A DNA stretch of 64,000 nucleotides from Callorhinchus milii (lineage: Eukaryota), in contig NW_024704742.1 in NCBI RefSeq assembly GCF_018977255.1, positions 134,604,001-134,668,000 of the forward strand, written 5' to 3'. A program made the position numbers and the translations under genes. This document shows, in pieces, positions 1-11,110 of the stretch (position 1 is its first letter; the number at the start of each line of letters is the position of its first letter). Below the pieces are notes generated by a model. The model saw only the letters and a list, made by a program, of their open reading frames with translations. It did not search any database and was not told where the DNA came from.

Positions 1-242
1 GACTTGGGTTTGATTCCCAGTCAGGATGTGGGGCTTGACATTGTAACCTTCTGACTCTTGAGACGCGAGTGCTACCAACTCAGCCAGACTGGTTCCTAAA
101 TATCAGCTGCACCACTATTTGGGCTTGGTATCACAGCCAACAGGAGGATTGATGTGAAATCCCGTATTGAAGTGGTTAGCATGCACGCCTTGCAAGTGAG
201 TTCAATTTCTGGACAGGGCAAAGCCTTAGTCAAGTTTCCTTA

Positions 243-465
243 CAACAACAACAACAACAACAACAAGATTCCATTTATAGAGCGCCTTTCACGTCAGGAG
301 GACGTCCCAAGGCGCTGCACAGTTGGGTCATGACCCGAGCAGGGGGGAAATGGTCAGGGTGAGGGGAGGGAAGGGAGGGAGAGAGGAGGGGGGAAATGGT
401 CAGGGTGAGGGGAGGGAAGGGAGGGAGCGAGGAGGAGGAAGAGAGTCGAGAGGGGAGCTGAAGGC
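243..465 (-). mobile_element. Young L2 3' end with internal ~46 bp tandem duplication
   Basis: (CAA)n tail; near-identical to the reverse complement of about 25900-26055; unit aggggggaaatggtcagggtgaggggagggaagggaggga occurs twice. Confidence 0.85.
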
Positions 466-3242
466 CTTACACCACATACCTCTGTTTACCTTGCAGTAAG
501 TGGGAACCTCAGCTGTTAGTCGATTGGTAGATCGCTTTTGGGGGGGGGGGGGGGGGTAATAATCCCCTTTAAAAATAAATAAATAATAATAATTTGGTCA
601 CTTAATCCGTGACTGTTTGTGGGACACTGCCGCGTTTCGCCCACAAAATATACAATCAATTCACTTCATAATATATTCTGTGAAGCACTTTGAGACGTCT
701 CAACCGACACTAACAAATGCTGGGATTATTATTATCATCAACATTATTATACTGAACGCATCTCCTATCCCCGATCTAATTTGTTGGGTAACCCCACCAC
801 TTTTTTGCGCAGTGAACAATGCAAAGCGTTTCAGCTCTGAGATTTTTGTAATTAACTGCCCGCTCTCCGTAAATATTGTAATGTTTCAATAATTCCTTGT
901 AGAAGGCAAGAAGTGAAGCGTCCTGAAGGTCACAGGTGCGATGATTTCTGCTGTAATCCACCCTTCTGGGGTCTTGGCTTTGTGCCGCCACCACACTGCT
1001 CAGCGGCAAGAATTAAATGTCTCATGCAGAAAATTGTTGGGTTCCTTGCCAATTATTCGCCCACAAAACACACAATAGTTGTATTTGATAAAGTGCCTCA
1101 TCATGTAGCAATATGTCTCAAAACATTTCGCAGGATGTTACCACGGGTGATTTTTACTGTAAAGTGTAGTGATTGTATTTATTTTGTAGGCTAATTTAAT
1201 AGACAATTTGCACACAGCAATGTCCCACAAACAGGCGTGGAGTCAATATCTGGCGTAGTGGGGTGTGGGGGAAAATGATCACCCACAAAACACACAGTCA
1301 CCGCCCTTCACTGTATATCCTGTGAAGCGGTTTGGGACATTCTCCTGATGTGAAAGCATTGTCCAGGCTTACACTTAGTTCACTGTAGTGCTGAATGTGT
1401 GTGGTCGGAAGTGCTGTCATTCAGATAAGCTGTTAAAACCAGGTGGATGTTGAAGGACCCGTGACACGACTTGAAACTGGAGGGGAGTCTCACCCGGTAT
1501 CCTGGCAACCCACGATCCCCCAACTAAAACGAGAGGACCCGGGTTCGATTCCAGGGTAGGGCGAAACCTTAGCCAATTTTCTTTCCTCCACACGCCTCTG
1601 TTTACCGCAGTAAGTAGGAACCCACTTGCTAGTCGATTAGCAGATCGCTTTCTGGGGTAATATCCCTTCAAAAAGAATGTGGTCACTCAATCCACGACTG
1701 TTTGTGGGACACTGTTGTGCACAATTGGTTGCTTTACAGTATACACTTTACAGTATATTCTGTGAAGCGCTTTGAGACTTCTCAAAGACATGATAAGGTG
1801 CTACATGAAAAGAAAAGTATTATTATTTGCTCTCGTCTACACAACCAAACTCGCATTTCGAGAAGAATGTAAGACTCGGGAATGTATCTGCTTCTGTCAC
1901 TCCTATTTCCAAGTTAAGTGTGATGACGGCATAGAAAGTAACTTCTTCCTTCACTTGTAGATCATCCTTCAAGTCTGAATTTGTATTGGGATGATTGTTT
2001 AGTCAAAGCTGACACTCCAATGTAGTGTGGGGGCGGGGGGCAGGTGTGCGTGCGTGTGTATCTGTGGGTGCTGCATCATCAGAGGTTCCATCCTTCGTGT
2101 GAGACTTAAATCCACAGTGCTACTTAGCCTAAGAACGTTACAGATTCCACACCACTATCTGAAAAGAGAAGGGCATCTCCATTTGTATATCCTATCTAGC
2201 ATCTTGCTAGTAAAATTAGTTATTCGCCTCATGACCTGTGTGGAATTAATTGGCTGCCACGTTGAAGTAAAATCCTGCGAAGCACTTTGAGACACCTGTT
2301 GTATCAAATGGCATCATTACTATTACATTTGGAAAAATTGCTGGTCAAATGGTTGCCCCGTTGTCAACAGAGCACGACCGCTGACTAACTCACTTCGAAA
2401 TGATGCAGTTTTTTCTTCCTTACTGCAGTGAATGGTGAGGGGGGGTGTTGGACTGGTGTTGGCTCTTATAAATGAAATGTAGACAGCTGGAGATAAACAG
2501 GCAGGGCTCAAAACAGGAGAGGAACTGTGGAATGGATTTGCATTTGGAAACGGTTGGTTGCACAGACTACTTTACTTACCGCTTTGTATCTTCTGTGCAT
2601 TGTCCCTTAAAAATGAGAGATTTTAGATATACAAATGTAATTTTGTTGTTGTTATAGCCCTCACCTTCAGATCAGAAGGTTGTGGGATCAAATTGAATGA
2701 CTGGACCTGAGCGCAGCCATCCAGGTTGTTTGAAAACGTTTGGAAAAAATGAAATTGTGAATCTTTTTTTCAGAATCTTCGCAAATGTTTGCTCAATTTT
2801 GTTATTTATAGAGAATTGAATAGGAATAGTTGCTTGAAGAGGAATGTGGAAAGCTCTGAGCACGGAAGTAATTAGGTGACTCATGAGAAGGAAAAACACC
2901 AATGTATTCCTGATGGGCTCAAGTAATTGTGTGTGGGTGCCTATGCTCACATACTGAGATGGGTGTAACAATGAACTTAAAGTTTATCTTATTGATCAAT
3001 TGAACCATCTTTAATCATCTTGCATACTGTTACTGAATCATGCAAACCAGGAAGCTCTCTCTATTGTACTGTTTAAATCCACATGATTCATGATGTTATG
3101 AGGAAACTGCAAAGAAAAGATTAGTGATACACTTCCTTATCAGACTACAGCATCACAAAGTGCTTCAGAGAATTACTGTTAAGTGCAGTAGTGGTTCTGT
3201 TTTAGACGATCGCGACAATGGTTTGTGCCGGCAAAGTCCCAG

Positions 3243-3865
3243 AAACAACAACAACAAAATTACATTTCTACAGCGCCTTTCACATCGGGAGGACGTCCTA
3301 AGGCGCTGAACAGTCAGGGATCAGGACCTGAGCATAGGGGAGGTAGGGTTAGGATGAGGAAGGGCAGAGAAGGTAGGAGGGCAGCTGAAGGCACAGTCAA
3401 AAAGGAGGATCTTGAGTCGTGCCTTGAAGGAGGCAAGAGAGAGAGTGAGGATAAGGGATTGTGGGATGGAGCTCAAAAGAGTGGGGGCAGAGAGGCTGAA
3501 AACCCGGCTGCCGAGGGTCCAGCGGGAGACTTGAAGCAGGCCAGACCTGCTGAGCGGAGGGAGCGGACAGGTTGACAGGGAGTCAGCAGGTCAGAGATGT
3601 AGGAGGAGTCAAGGCCGAGGAGGACCTTGAAGTGAGGACAAGGATTTTGATTTCTAGCCTCTGAGGGATGGGGAGCCAGTGGAGCCAGGTGAGGTGATGG
3701 GGTCACGGAGCCTGGTGGGGGAGAAAACGCGAGCTGCAGACTTCTGGATGATCTGCAGCTTGTGGAGGGAAGAGTTGGGGAGGCTGACAAGGAGTGAGTT
3801 TCCATAGTCGAGCCTTGAGGTGACGAATGCGTGTATGAAATGGCCATGAAGTGAAATACCAATAC
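3243..3865 (-). mobile_element. L2 LINE 3' fragment
   Basis: IHAFVTSRLDYGNSLL in ORF 3654..3887; (CAA)n tail and stem-loop at 3243-3306. Confidence 0.85.
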
Positions 3866-5399
3866 ATTCTGGTGGATTGCTGCCCAATCTCCCCTTTATT
3901 CACCCTCCTCCCACAGTTTGTGTCCATGGTCCTTTAACACTTTAACCATTAACGTCCACCTGAGGAAAGGGTAGACAGGCCTTGGTTTAACATCTGTGAC
4001 ATCAGGACTAACTGATAACTAAATGCATTGTCAGACTCCGCCACTGTCAAGCGCTCCGGGACACTACCCCGAGTGAAGGGAGCTATATAAATGCTTGTTG
4101 TTCTTGTGTTGGATAGTTCACAAGAATTGATACTTAACTCCCCAAATCCCCATTGGTGGCTGAGCCTTCAGTCGCTGCCACCCTCACATCTGGAACTCCC
4201 TGTCTTGTATTTCTCCATCTCAGACCTTCTGTTTGTCTATAAATCCTACTTTAGGAAAGTGTACCACTTTGACCGATCCTATGGTTATTACGACTGAACA
4301 GCCCGCTGTCTCAGTTCCCAAGTGGAGTGGCCCCCTTAACCGAATGGGAATGGTCTTGAAGGCTGATTCTTTCTTCTCTTCCCACTACTAAACTCTTACT
4401 TCTCAAAAGATTTACAAAATATATCATCACGGAAACAAGCTACTCGGCCCAACCAGTCCATATTTGTATTTATAGTCCACACACGTCTCCACCCATTCCT
4501 TACTCTCACCCACATCCTTCTATTCCCCTTTCCCGCACGTGAATAGCTTCCTCTTGAATACACCTATACTACCACTTTAGGCAGCGAGTTCCATAATCTG
4601 CATGAAATATAGATAGTTCCTCTTACATTCTCTTTTGGATCCCCTAGTGACTATTTACAGATTGTCCAACCAGTGGAAATGGCCTTTTTATGATAATAAA
4701 AATAATAATAATAATCCTTGGATTTGCCTTGTAACATCATTGAGCCATCTCAGAGCACTTCACGGAACAATGAATTGACTGTATATCAATTGTGAGCAAA
4801 ACGGGGCAGGCAATTGCTCACAGGAGGGTCCCACAAACAATCAGGGATTGAGTGACCAAATTATCATTATATATGTTTTGGAGCTATTAAGTGATCTGCC
4901 AATTGACTCACATGGTCACTCAATCCATGATGGTTTGTGGTTGCTGCATTTCGCCCACAAAATATACAGTCATTCACTTTACAGTATATTCTCTGAAGCG
5001 CTTTGAGACGTCTCGAAGACGTGATAAGTATGCAAATGCAAGTATTATTATTATAACAACCAGGTTCTAACTACTGCAAGGTAAACAGAGGCTTGTGGAG
5101 TAAGGAAACTTGCCTAAAGTTTCGCCCTGCCTGGGAATCAAAATTACGTCCTCTCGCTTGCAAGGCGAGTTGAGCTTATCAAACCCTTTTTTGATTTTAA
5201 ACACTTCTAATAGGTCCCCACTTGTAAGATTGTGCAAATCTGTTCAGAGCCAGTCTACAGGAGTTGCTTGAGAGGGTGGGGACGCTTCCACTTAGCTGCA
5301 ATACACCTTCCCTTATCTATTGTGAAATCATTCAACTTCTGGCTTTTTAAAATAGGGATGTCCTTCCAACTTGAAAGGTGCTCTGTAAATGTAATTTGT

Positions 5400-5887
5400 T
5401 ATTGTAGGAGGGAGAGAGGCAAGGAGAGGTGGGCAAAAGCTGGGTTATTGAACGAAGCCTCAGGATGTTTGAACAATCTTGTTTTCTCAATCATTAACTA
5501 CACCTGGCACTTAACCTTCAATGAGCACTCCTGGAATAGCCTCAGCGTCACTGTAAGGTGTGGTTTATTTTCATGGCAAATGACGCTGTCCAACTATATT
5601 CAATGCAGGCTGTTGTGTAAGAGGAAGCTTTGAGCGAGTTTCAATACACTTGCACACACATACACACGCACGCACACATACAGCATGTGACGGGATCTCT
5701 ACTGAACACAGTTCCAGCAGGTCGGGTAGAAATCCTTACTTGGTTCAATCTGGCTTTGTTTTTGTAAACTGGGATTATAAACTTTTTAGGAAAGTGTGGA
5801 TTCGTCTCGAAATTGTTCTGTAGTGCTGCTGCCTCTGAGTTGCATTCAGCTTGTCAGGACGCTGGTGATCAGAGCAGAACCATCCTG
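5400..5887 (+). promoter_or_regulatory. Candidate promoter and non-coding first exon of ATP8B1
   Basis: Stretch free of recognisable retroposons ending in a strong donor CTG|GTAAGT (5887/5888); HNF1-like CTCAATCATTAAC at 5486-5498. The ATG exon has an acceptor, so an upstream exon must exist. No transcript evidence. Confidence 0.4.
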
Positions 5888-6134
5888 GTAAGTTCCTGAC
5901 TTGTGTTTCCTTAACGAGGGCTTTCTTTAGTCGCATGGTTCGTTCTCCCGACTTTGTATTTTATCAAACTCCAATGTAACTTTCAGAGAGACGTTTCACC
6001 TTTGCGTGGCTATTTGCCAGGTCAGCCTGTTCAGCAGCAAGCGATTCAAATTGCCTGAAGGGTTAAGTGATTGCAACTTTTTACAGTGCAGTGTCAAAGA
6101 TCAGGCTGGGCGTTCATATCGGAGCACCTTTAAC

Positions 6135-6925
6135 AGCGACTTGCCTTCAAAGCTCCTTCCTACCTCTGTGACCGACTAACTCCATATAGACCTCTCCGCT
6201 CTGCGGTCTCCGGCCTGCTCCACGTTCCCCCGCCAAACCCGCCCCACCATCGGCAGTCAGACTTTCAACCTCTCTGACCCCACCCTTTGGCACGCCGTAC
6301 CACGGTCCCTTCCTTGCCTACTTCAAGGCCCGTCTCAAGACCCTTCTCTTTGACCGCGCCTTGGGTTATGCTATCACTTCAGGAGGACTTCCCAAGGCGC
6401 TGGATAGTCAAGGATTTGCAACTGAGCTGGGGTTTGGGATCAGGAGTTGGAGGGCAGGGAAGATAGGAGGGTGACCCACAAAATTTACAGTCAATTAATT
6501 TTACAGGATATTCTGAGAAGCATTTTGAGACGTGTCGAAGACGTGATAAGGCTCTATATCAAATGCAAGGATTATTATTATTGTTGAAGGAGATAAGGGG
6601 GGAAGTGAGGCAAAGGGGCTGTGCAATGGAGTTCCAAAGAGTGGGGGTAGAAAGGCTGAAGGCCCGTCCGCCGAGGGTGGGGCGGGCTAGGCGGGGGATG
6701 TGGAGCAGGCCAGAGCCCACTGAGCGGAGAGGTTGGACAGTTTAATAAGGCGTTAGCAGGTCTCAGAGGTAGAGAGGAGGGCCTGGAAGATGAAGACGAG
6801 GATTTTAAACTCTATCCTCTGGAGGATGGGGAGCCAGTGGAGCCGGAGAGGGTGGAGTTGATAGGTTCACGGAGTCTAGTGTGGGAGAGGACACAAACTG
6901 CAGAGTCCTGGATAATCTTCAGCTT
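6135..6925. mobile_element. Cluster of L2 3' fragments (+ at about 6135-6365; - at about 6375-6925, split by a SINE tail)
   Basis: Similar to the L2 at 25374-26055 (caccatcggcagtcag, ttcaaggcccgtctcaagacc); SINE tail at about 6475-6582. Confidence 0.7.
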
Positions 6926-7799
6926 TGTGTCGGATTGTATATTTTGAGGGCAAATAGTAATCTTTTTTTGTTTTTGGAGGGATTATTTATGGAGTAAGGA
7001 AACGTGTCGGGAATCAAACACGGGTGCTCTTGCTTGCGAGACAAGTGCTCTAACTACTACTTACAATTACTCTGTAAACTAAGGGAACGCGGAACAAATT
7101 TTCTGGGCGATCTAAGTGTACATTGATAGAAGCGGGTGGGTTATGAGACCACTGTATCTTCTCTTGGGACTAGAGTTGCTGGTTGCTGTAGTAACTCACT
7201 ACGTTGGGAATGTCTGTATCACAGCAACATTTGTGATGTTTACTTAACATAGATCAATCCCAGCGGAAGAGCTGAGCCAGCAATATCAGGATGGCGTGTT
7301 TTTACCCCTAATGATAATAATAATGATCAATGCATTTGATATAGCGCCTTATCACGTCTACAAGACATCTCAAAGCGATTTAGAGAATATACTGTAAAGT
7401 GTAGAGGCTGTATATTTTGTGGGCGAAATGCGGTAGCCAATTGTGTCCCATAAACAGGCGTGGATTGAGTGACCAATTTATTATTATTATTTTTAAGGGA
7501 TTATTACCCCTAGAAAGGATCCGCCAATCAACTAACAACCGGGTCCCTACTTGCGATGTCTGTTTTTAATACAAAAAAATTTTAATCCAGCAAGTGTTAA
7601 TGCCTCTACTTTTTTGTTTTGTGCTCAACACAGGTGCCTGCTCCAATTCCCTCCGCACTCTCAAACCCAAGAGAGAGATTTATTTTAAATCAAAATAAAT
7701 TGTAACTTATTTTTTTCGTTGTTCCAGCTGCCGGTCTATTTGCTGTGGCATCTGAAATCTTGTCGCAAATTCATTTTGTTGATCTGGCTCAGTTGGTAG

Positions 7800-8474
7800 T
7801 TTTTTTTTGGCAGCCGGTGGTCTGACACATGGGGAAATCCATCACCGTTGCTTAAGAGTATCCAACCCAAACTGCGAATTCCATGCTTCCCATCTACACG
7901 TGGAAATCCCACAGACAGATTGTTGGAATGGAATGTGTGCTCTCTCCGTGGAGGGACTCATTCTGCTTACCTAATTCCGGAAAGTATTAGGCACAGGTTG
8001 GCAAGAGCCAAGGCTTGGGGACCCAGAGTGTGCGTTGGGGTACCTGCTGGAGTCTAACCAGCTAAAACCACATAGCTCGTCATCAATATTGCTGTCTGAC
8101 AAGCTTTCTGCTACTTGGCCAGTTAGGACCACCCTACCCTTTAGGGCTTTGGCTTGCCAGGCAGGGCGAAACCTTGGGCAAGTTTCCTTACTCCACATGC
8201 CTAATAATAATCCCTCCAAAACCAAAAACAATAATAAATTGGTCATTTTCAATCTACGACTGTTTGTGGGACATTGCTATGCGCAATTGGCTGCCTCGTT
8301 CGCCAACAAATATACAGTCAATTCACCTTACAGTGTGTTCTGTGAAGCGCTTTGGGACGTCCTCCCGACGTGAAAAGCGCTATATCAAATGCAAGGATTA
8401 TTATTATTATTATTGCAGGGTTAATGGGAGCTGAGTGGGATGTGGAATGACTCCCTGCCCCAGTGACTGGTCTG
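7800..8474 (-). repeat. Unclassified ~420 bp interspersed repeat with poly(A) end; at least 8 copies or fragments in the window
   Basis: Homologous segments at about 12190-12255, 13569-13782, 17487-17536, 29680-29926 plus 30140-30209, 33339-33470, 40547-40846, 43195-43350 plus 43585-43670, 56753-57066. Confidence 0.8.
8158..8414 (+). mobile_element. 5'-truncated young SINE nested in the unclassified repeat
   Basis: Host sequence ggcttgc|agggttaat is split; another partial young copy at 45117-45325 (-). Confidence 0.88.
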
Positions 8475-9009
8475 TCAATTGTTAGCACACTTGACTCTGA
8501 ATCAGAAGTTTGTGGGTTCAAGCAATAACATGAGTCTTTGAGCTCACAGTCTAACATGACAATTCAGCGAATGCAGCGTTAGGGGTTTTCTGGATTGTCA
8601 GAGGTGCCATCCATCAGATGAAAAGTTAAACCCAGGTCCCATTTGCCTGTTCAAATGGAAGTTAAAGGTCCACAACTCTTTTTTTTAAAAATGAGAGAAG
8701 TTTCTCCCGTTGTCCTGGCCAACAAAAAAAATTGTTCACTCATTTCATGGCTACTTATGGAATGTGGTCACCACATCTTTCAGGAAATTCTTGAGTGATG
8801 AGACATATACTAAATACAAGGATTTTTGTAATATTTTATTATAGTACAATAAACTGTCTATGGCTATCTTGAGTCCAGTCCAAAAGGCTTGATGAATCTC
8901 AGCAACCTGTAAAAAAAAGTCAATAATTAATAAAGATAATTAACAGCAAATAACTAATAATAACCCATGCGTTTGATACCATTTGATATTTATGTCTCAA
9001 AATGGTTCA

Positions 9010-11110
9010 CAATAACAACCACAAAATTACATTTGTATAGCGCCTTTCACGTTGGGAGGACATCTCAAGGCCCTGGATAGACAGAGTTTCGGACCCTAGC
9101 TGGGGGTTGGGGTCAGAGAGGGTGGAGGGCACGGTGGAAAGCAGGGAGGTCGAAATAGTGGGGCAAGGAGGGGACGTGAAACAGGCTGGATCCTGCTGAG
9201 CGGGGGGAGCTAACAGGATGGTAAGGGGTTAGAAGGTCGCACAGGTAGTGGGAAGCAAGACCATGGCGGGCTTGGAAGGCGAGGACCACGGTCTTGAACT
9301 TCCTCTGTGTGATGGGAAGTCAGTGGAGTTGGTCGAGTTGGGCATGATGCAATGTTGCAGAGATGGGGGAAGACAGAGGAAGTCATGGCACAGATTTGGG
9401 GTAGAAAGGATAGTTGAGGGTCAAACGAGATCCCAAGGTTCTGGACTGGCTTAGTGAGGTTGAGTGTGCAACCATGGATGGTGACACTGTCAGTGCCTGA
9501 GGTGTGGAGGCACTGATGGGAGTCAATCAGGAGAGCCTCGGTCTTGTTGACATTGAACTGAAGAAAATTAGCTCTCATCCAGGACTTGATGTCTGACTGA
9601 CATTCTATCAGGACTGCAGTGGTCCTGGAATCAAGGGTGGAGGCAGAGAGATATAGTTGGGTGTCATCCGCTTACACATGTTGACCCCACATCTGCGGAA
9701 GATGTCACCAAGAGGGACCATGTAGATATTGAAGAGGAGGGGAAGGACAGAGACCTGAGGTGCAGAGTCTAGAGGAGAAACCATTGTCCAGATGAAGTGG
9801 AGGCAGTGTGAGAGGTACGATCTGAACCAGTCGAGGACAGAGTCATGAAGGTTGAGGTGAGAGGAGACGTGGTGGATGAGAATGGTCGACAGTATCGAAG
9901 GCAGGAGAGGACGAGGAGGCAGAGGAAGCCCTCGTCGCAGATGGACAGAATGTCATTTGTCACTTTGACCAGTGCTGTTTCTGTGCTGTGGGTGGGACGA
10001 AAACCCGATTGGAGGGGTTCGTGAAGGGAATGGCAGGAGAGGGAAGGAGCGAAGCTGGGAAGCAACAGGGTTCCTGGGAAGGGATGGGGTCAAGGGACCA
10101 GTTGGTCAGTTTCATGCGGGTTATAGTGGTGGTGAGAGAGAAGTGGGAGACAGGTTCGAAGATGTGGAGGGAGGGATGGGTAGGGGATGGGAGGGGAGAG
10201 TGCAGCAGACGGAATTGCAGAGGCAGCTGAGTGGATCCCCTCGATTTTTGATTCGAGGAAATCTAGCATTGCCTCGCAGTTGGCAATTGAGGTGAGGATG
10301 GGCAAGGCGTGAGAGGGTGGGCAGAGGAGTCAGTTGTTGATGGAGAAGAGGAGACTGGGGTTGTCCTTGGCCTCCAAGATTCTCTTGGATTAGAACAACG
10401 ATTTAGCAGAGGCGAAGGTGGAGTGGTAAGATTTGAAAAGTTCTGGCCAGATCTGCCAATGAACTGTTAAGTCTGATTTAAGCCAGGTGCACTCAGCGGC
10501 ACACACCTGTGCTTCAAGGGAGGGGAGTTGGCTGGTGTACCATGGTGACTTACGTGAACAGGAGATGGTTTGGGAAGACAGGGGAGCAAGGGAATCGAGA
10601 GTGAAGGAGAGAGAACTTGGAGAAGAGTGGCCAAGGAGGATAAGTCATTGCAGGAGGAAGTCAAAGGGGAAGGAGTTCAGATGACTCCAAGGCATCTGAG
10701 AGGGAGGGAGGGGGAGATTTTTTTCCAGGGCAGTAGGAGATCGAGGTGGGTTGGGTGGCAGTGGGGAGAGGGATTGAGGAGTTAAGGGAGATGAAGTGAT
10801 GGTACAAGATTGCTTTGATGGTGAAGTCTGAGATGGTAAAGCCCCGAGTGATCACCAGATCGAGGGGATGACAACAGATGTGGGTGACGGAGTGGATTTG
10901 GAGGGAGAGGTTGAGGGAGGAGATAAGGGAGGAGAAGTCAGCAGAGGCAGGGCAGGAGGGGATAAAGTGTAGGTTGAAGTCTCCTAGGATGAGGAGGTGT
11001 TCAGAGCAGAGGGTGAAGGAAGATAGGAGGGTGGCGATGTCGGGGTTGAAGGTGGGGGAGGGTTTGGGGTGGGGACAATAGGTAAGGAGAATTTTGAGGG
11101 AAAGATTGCC
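9010..11110 (-). mobile_element. Decayed L2 LINE ORF2 (endonuclease, RT, 3' end) with internal deletions
   Basis: ILGDFNLH..HPLDLVITRG (ORF 10661..11449), LQSGFRPTHSTETALVKVTNDIL (9769..10065), NKTEALL..NLGISFD (9210..9578); L2 tail near 9010-9075. Confidence 0.88.

Noticed and set aside
7800..8474. Hammerhead or HDV-like ribozyme in the unclassified repeat
   Set aside because: Could not place the conserved catalytic cores by eye; a covariance-model search would be needed
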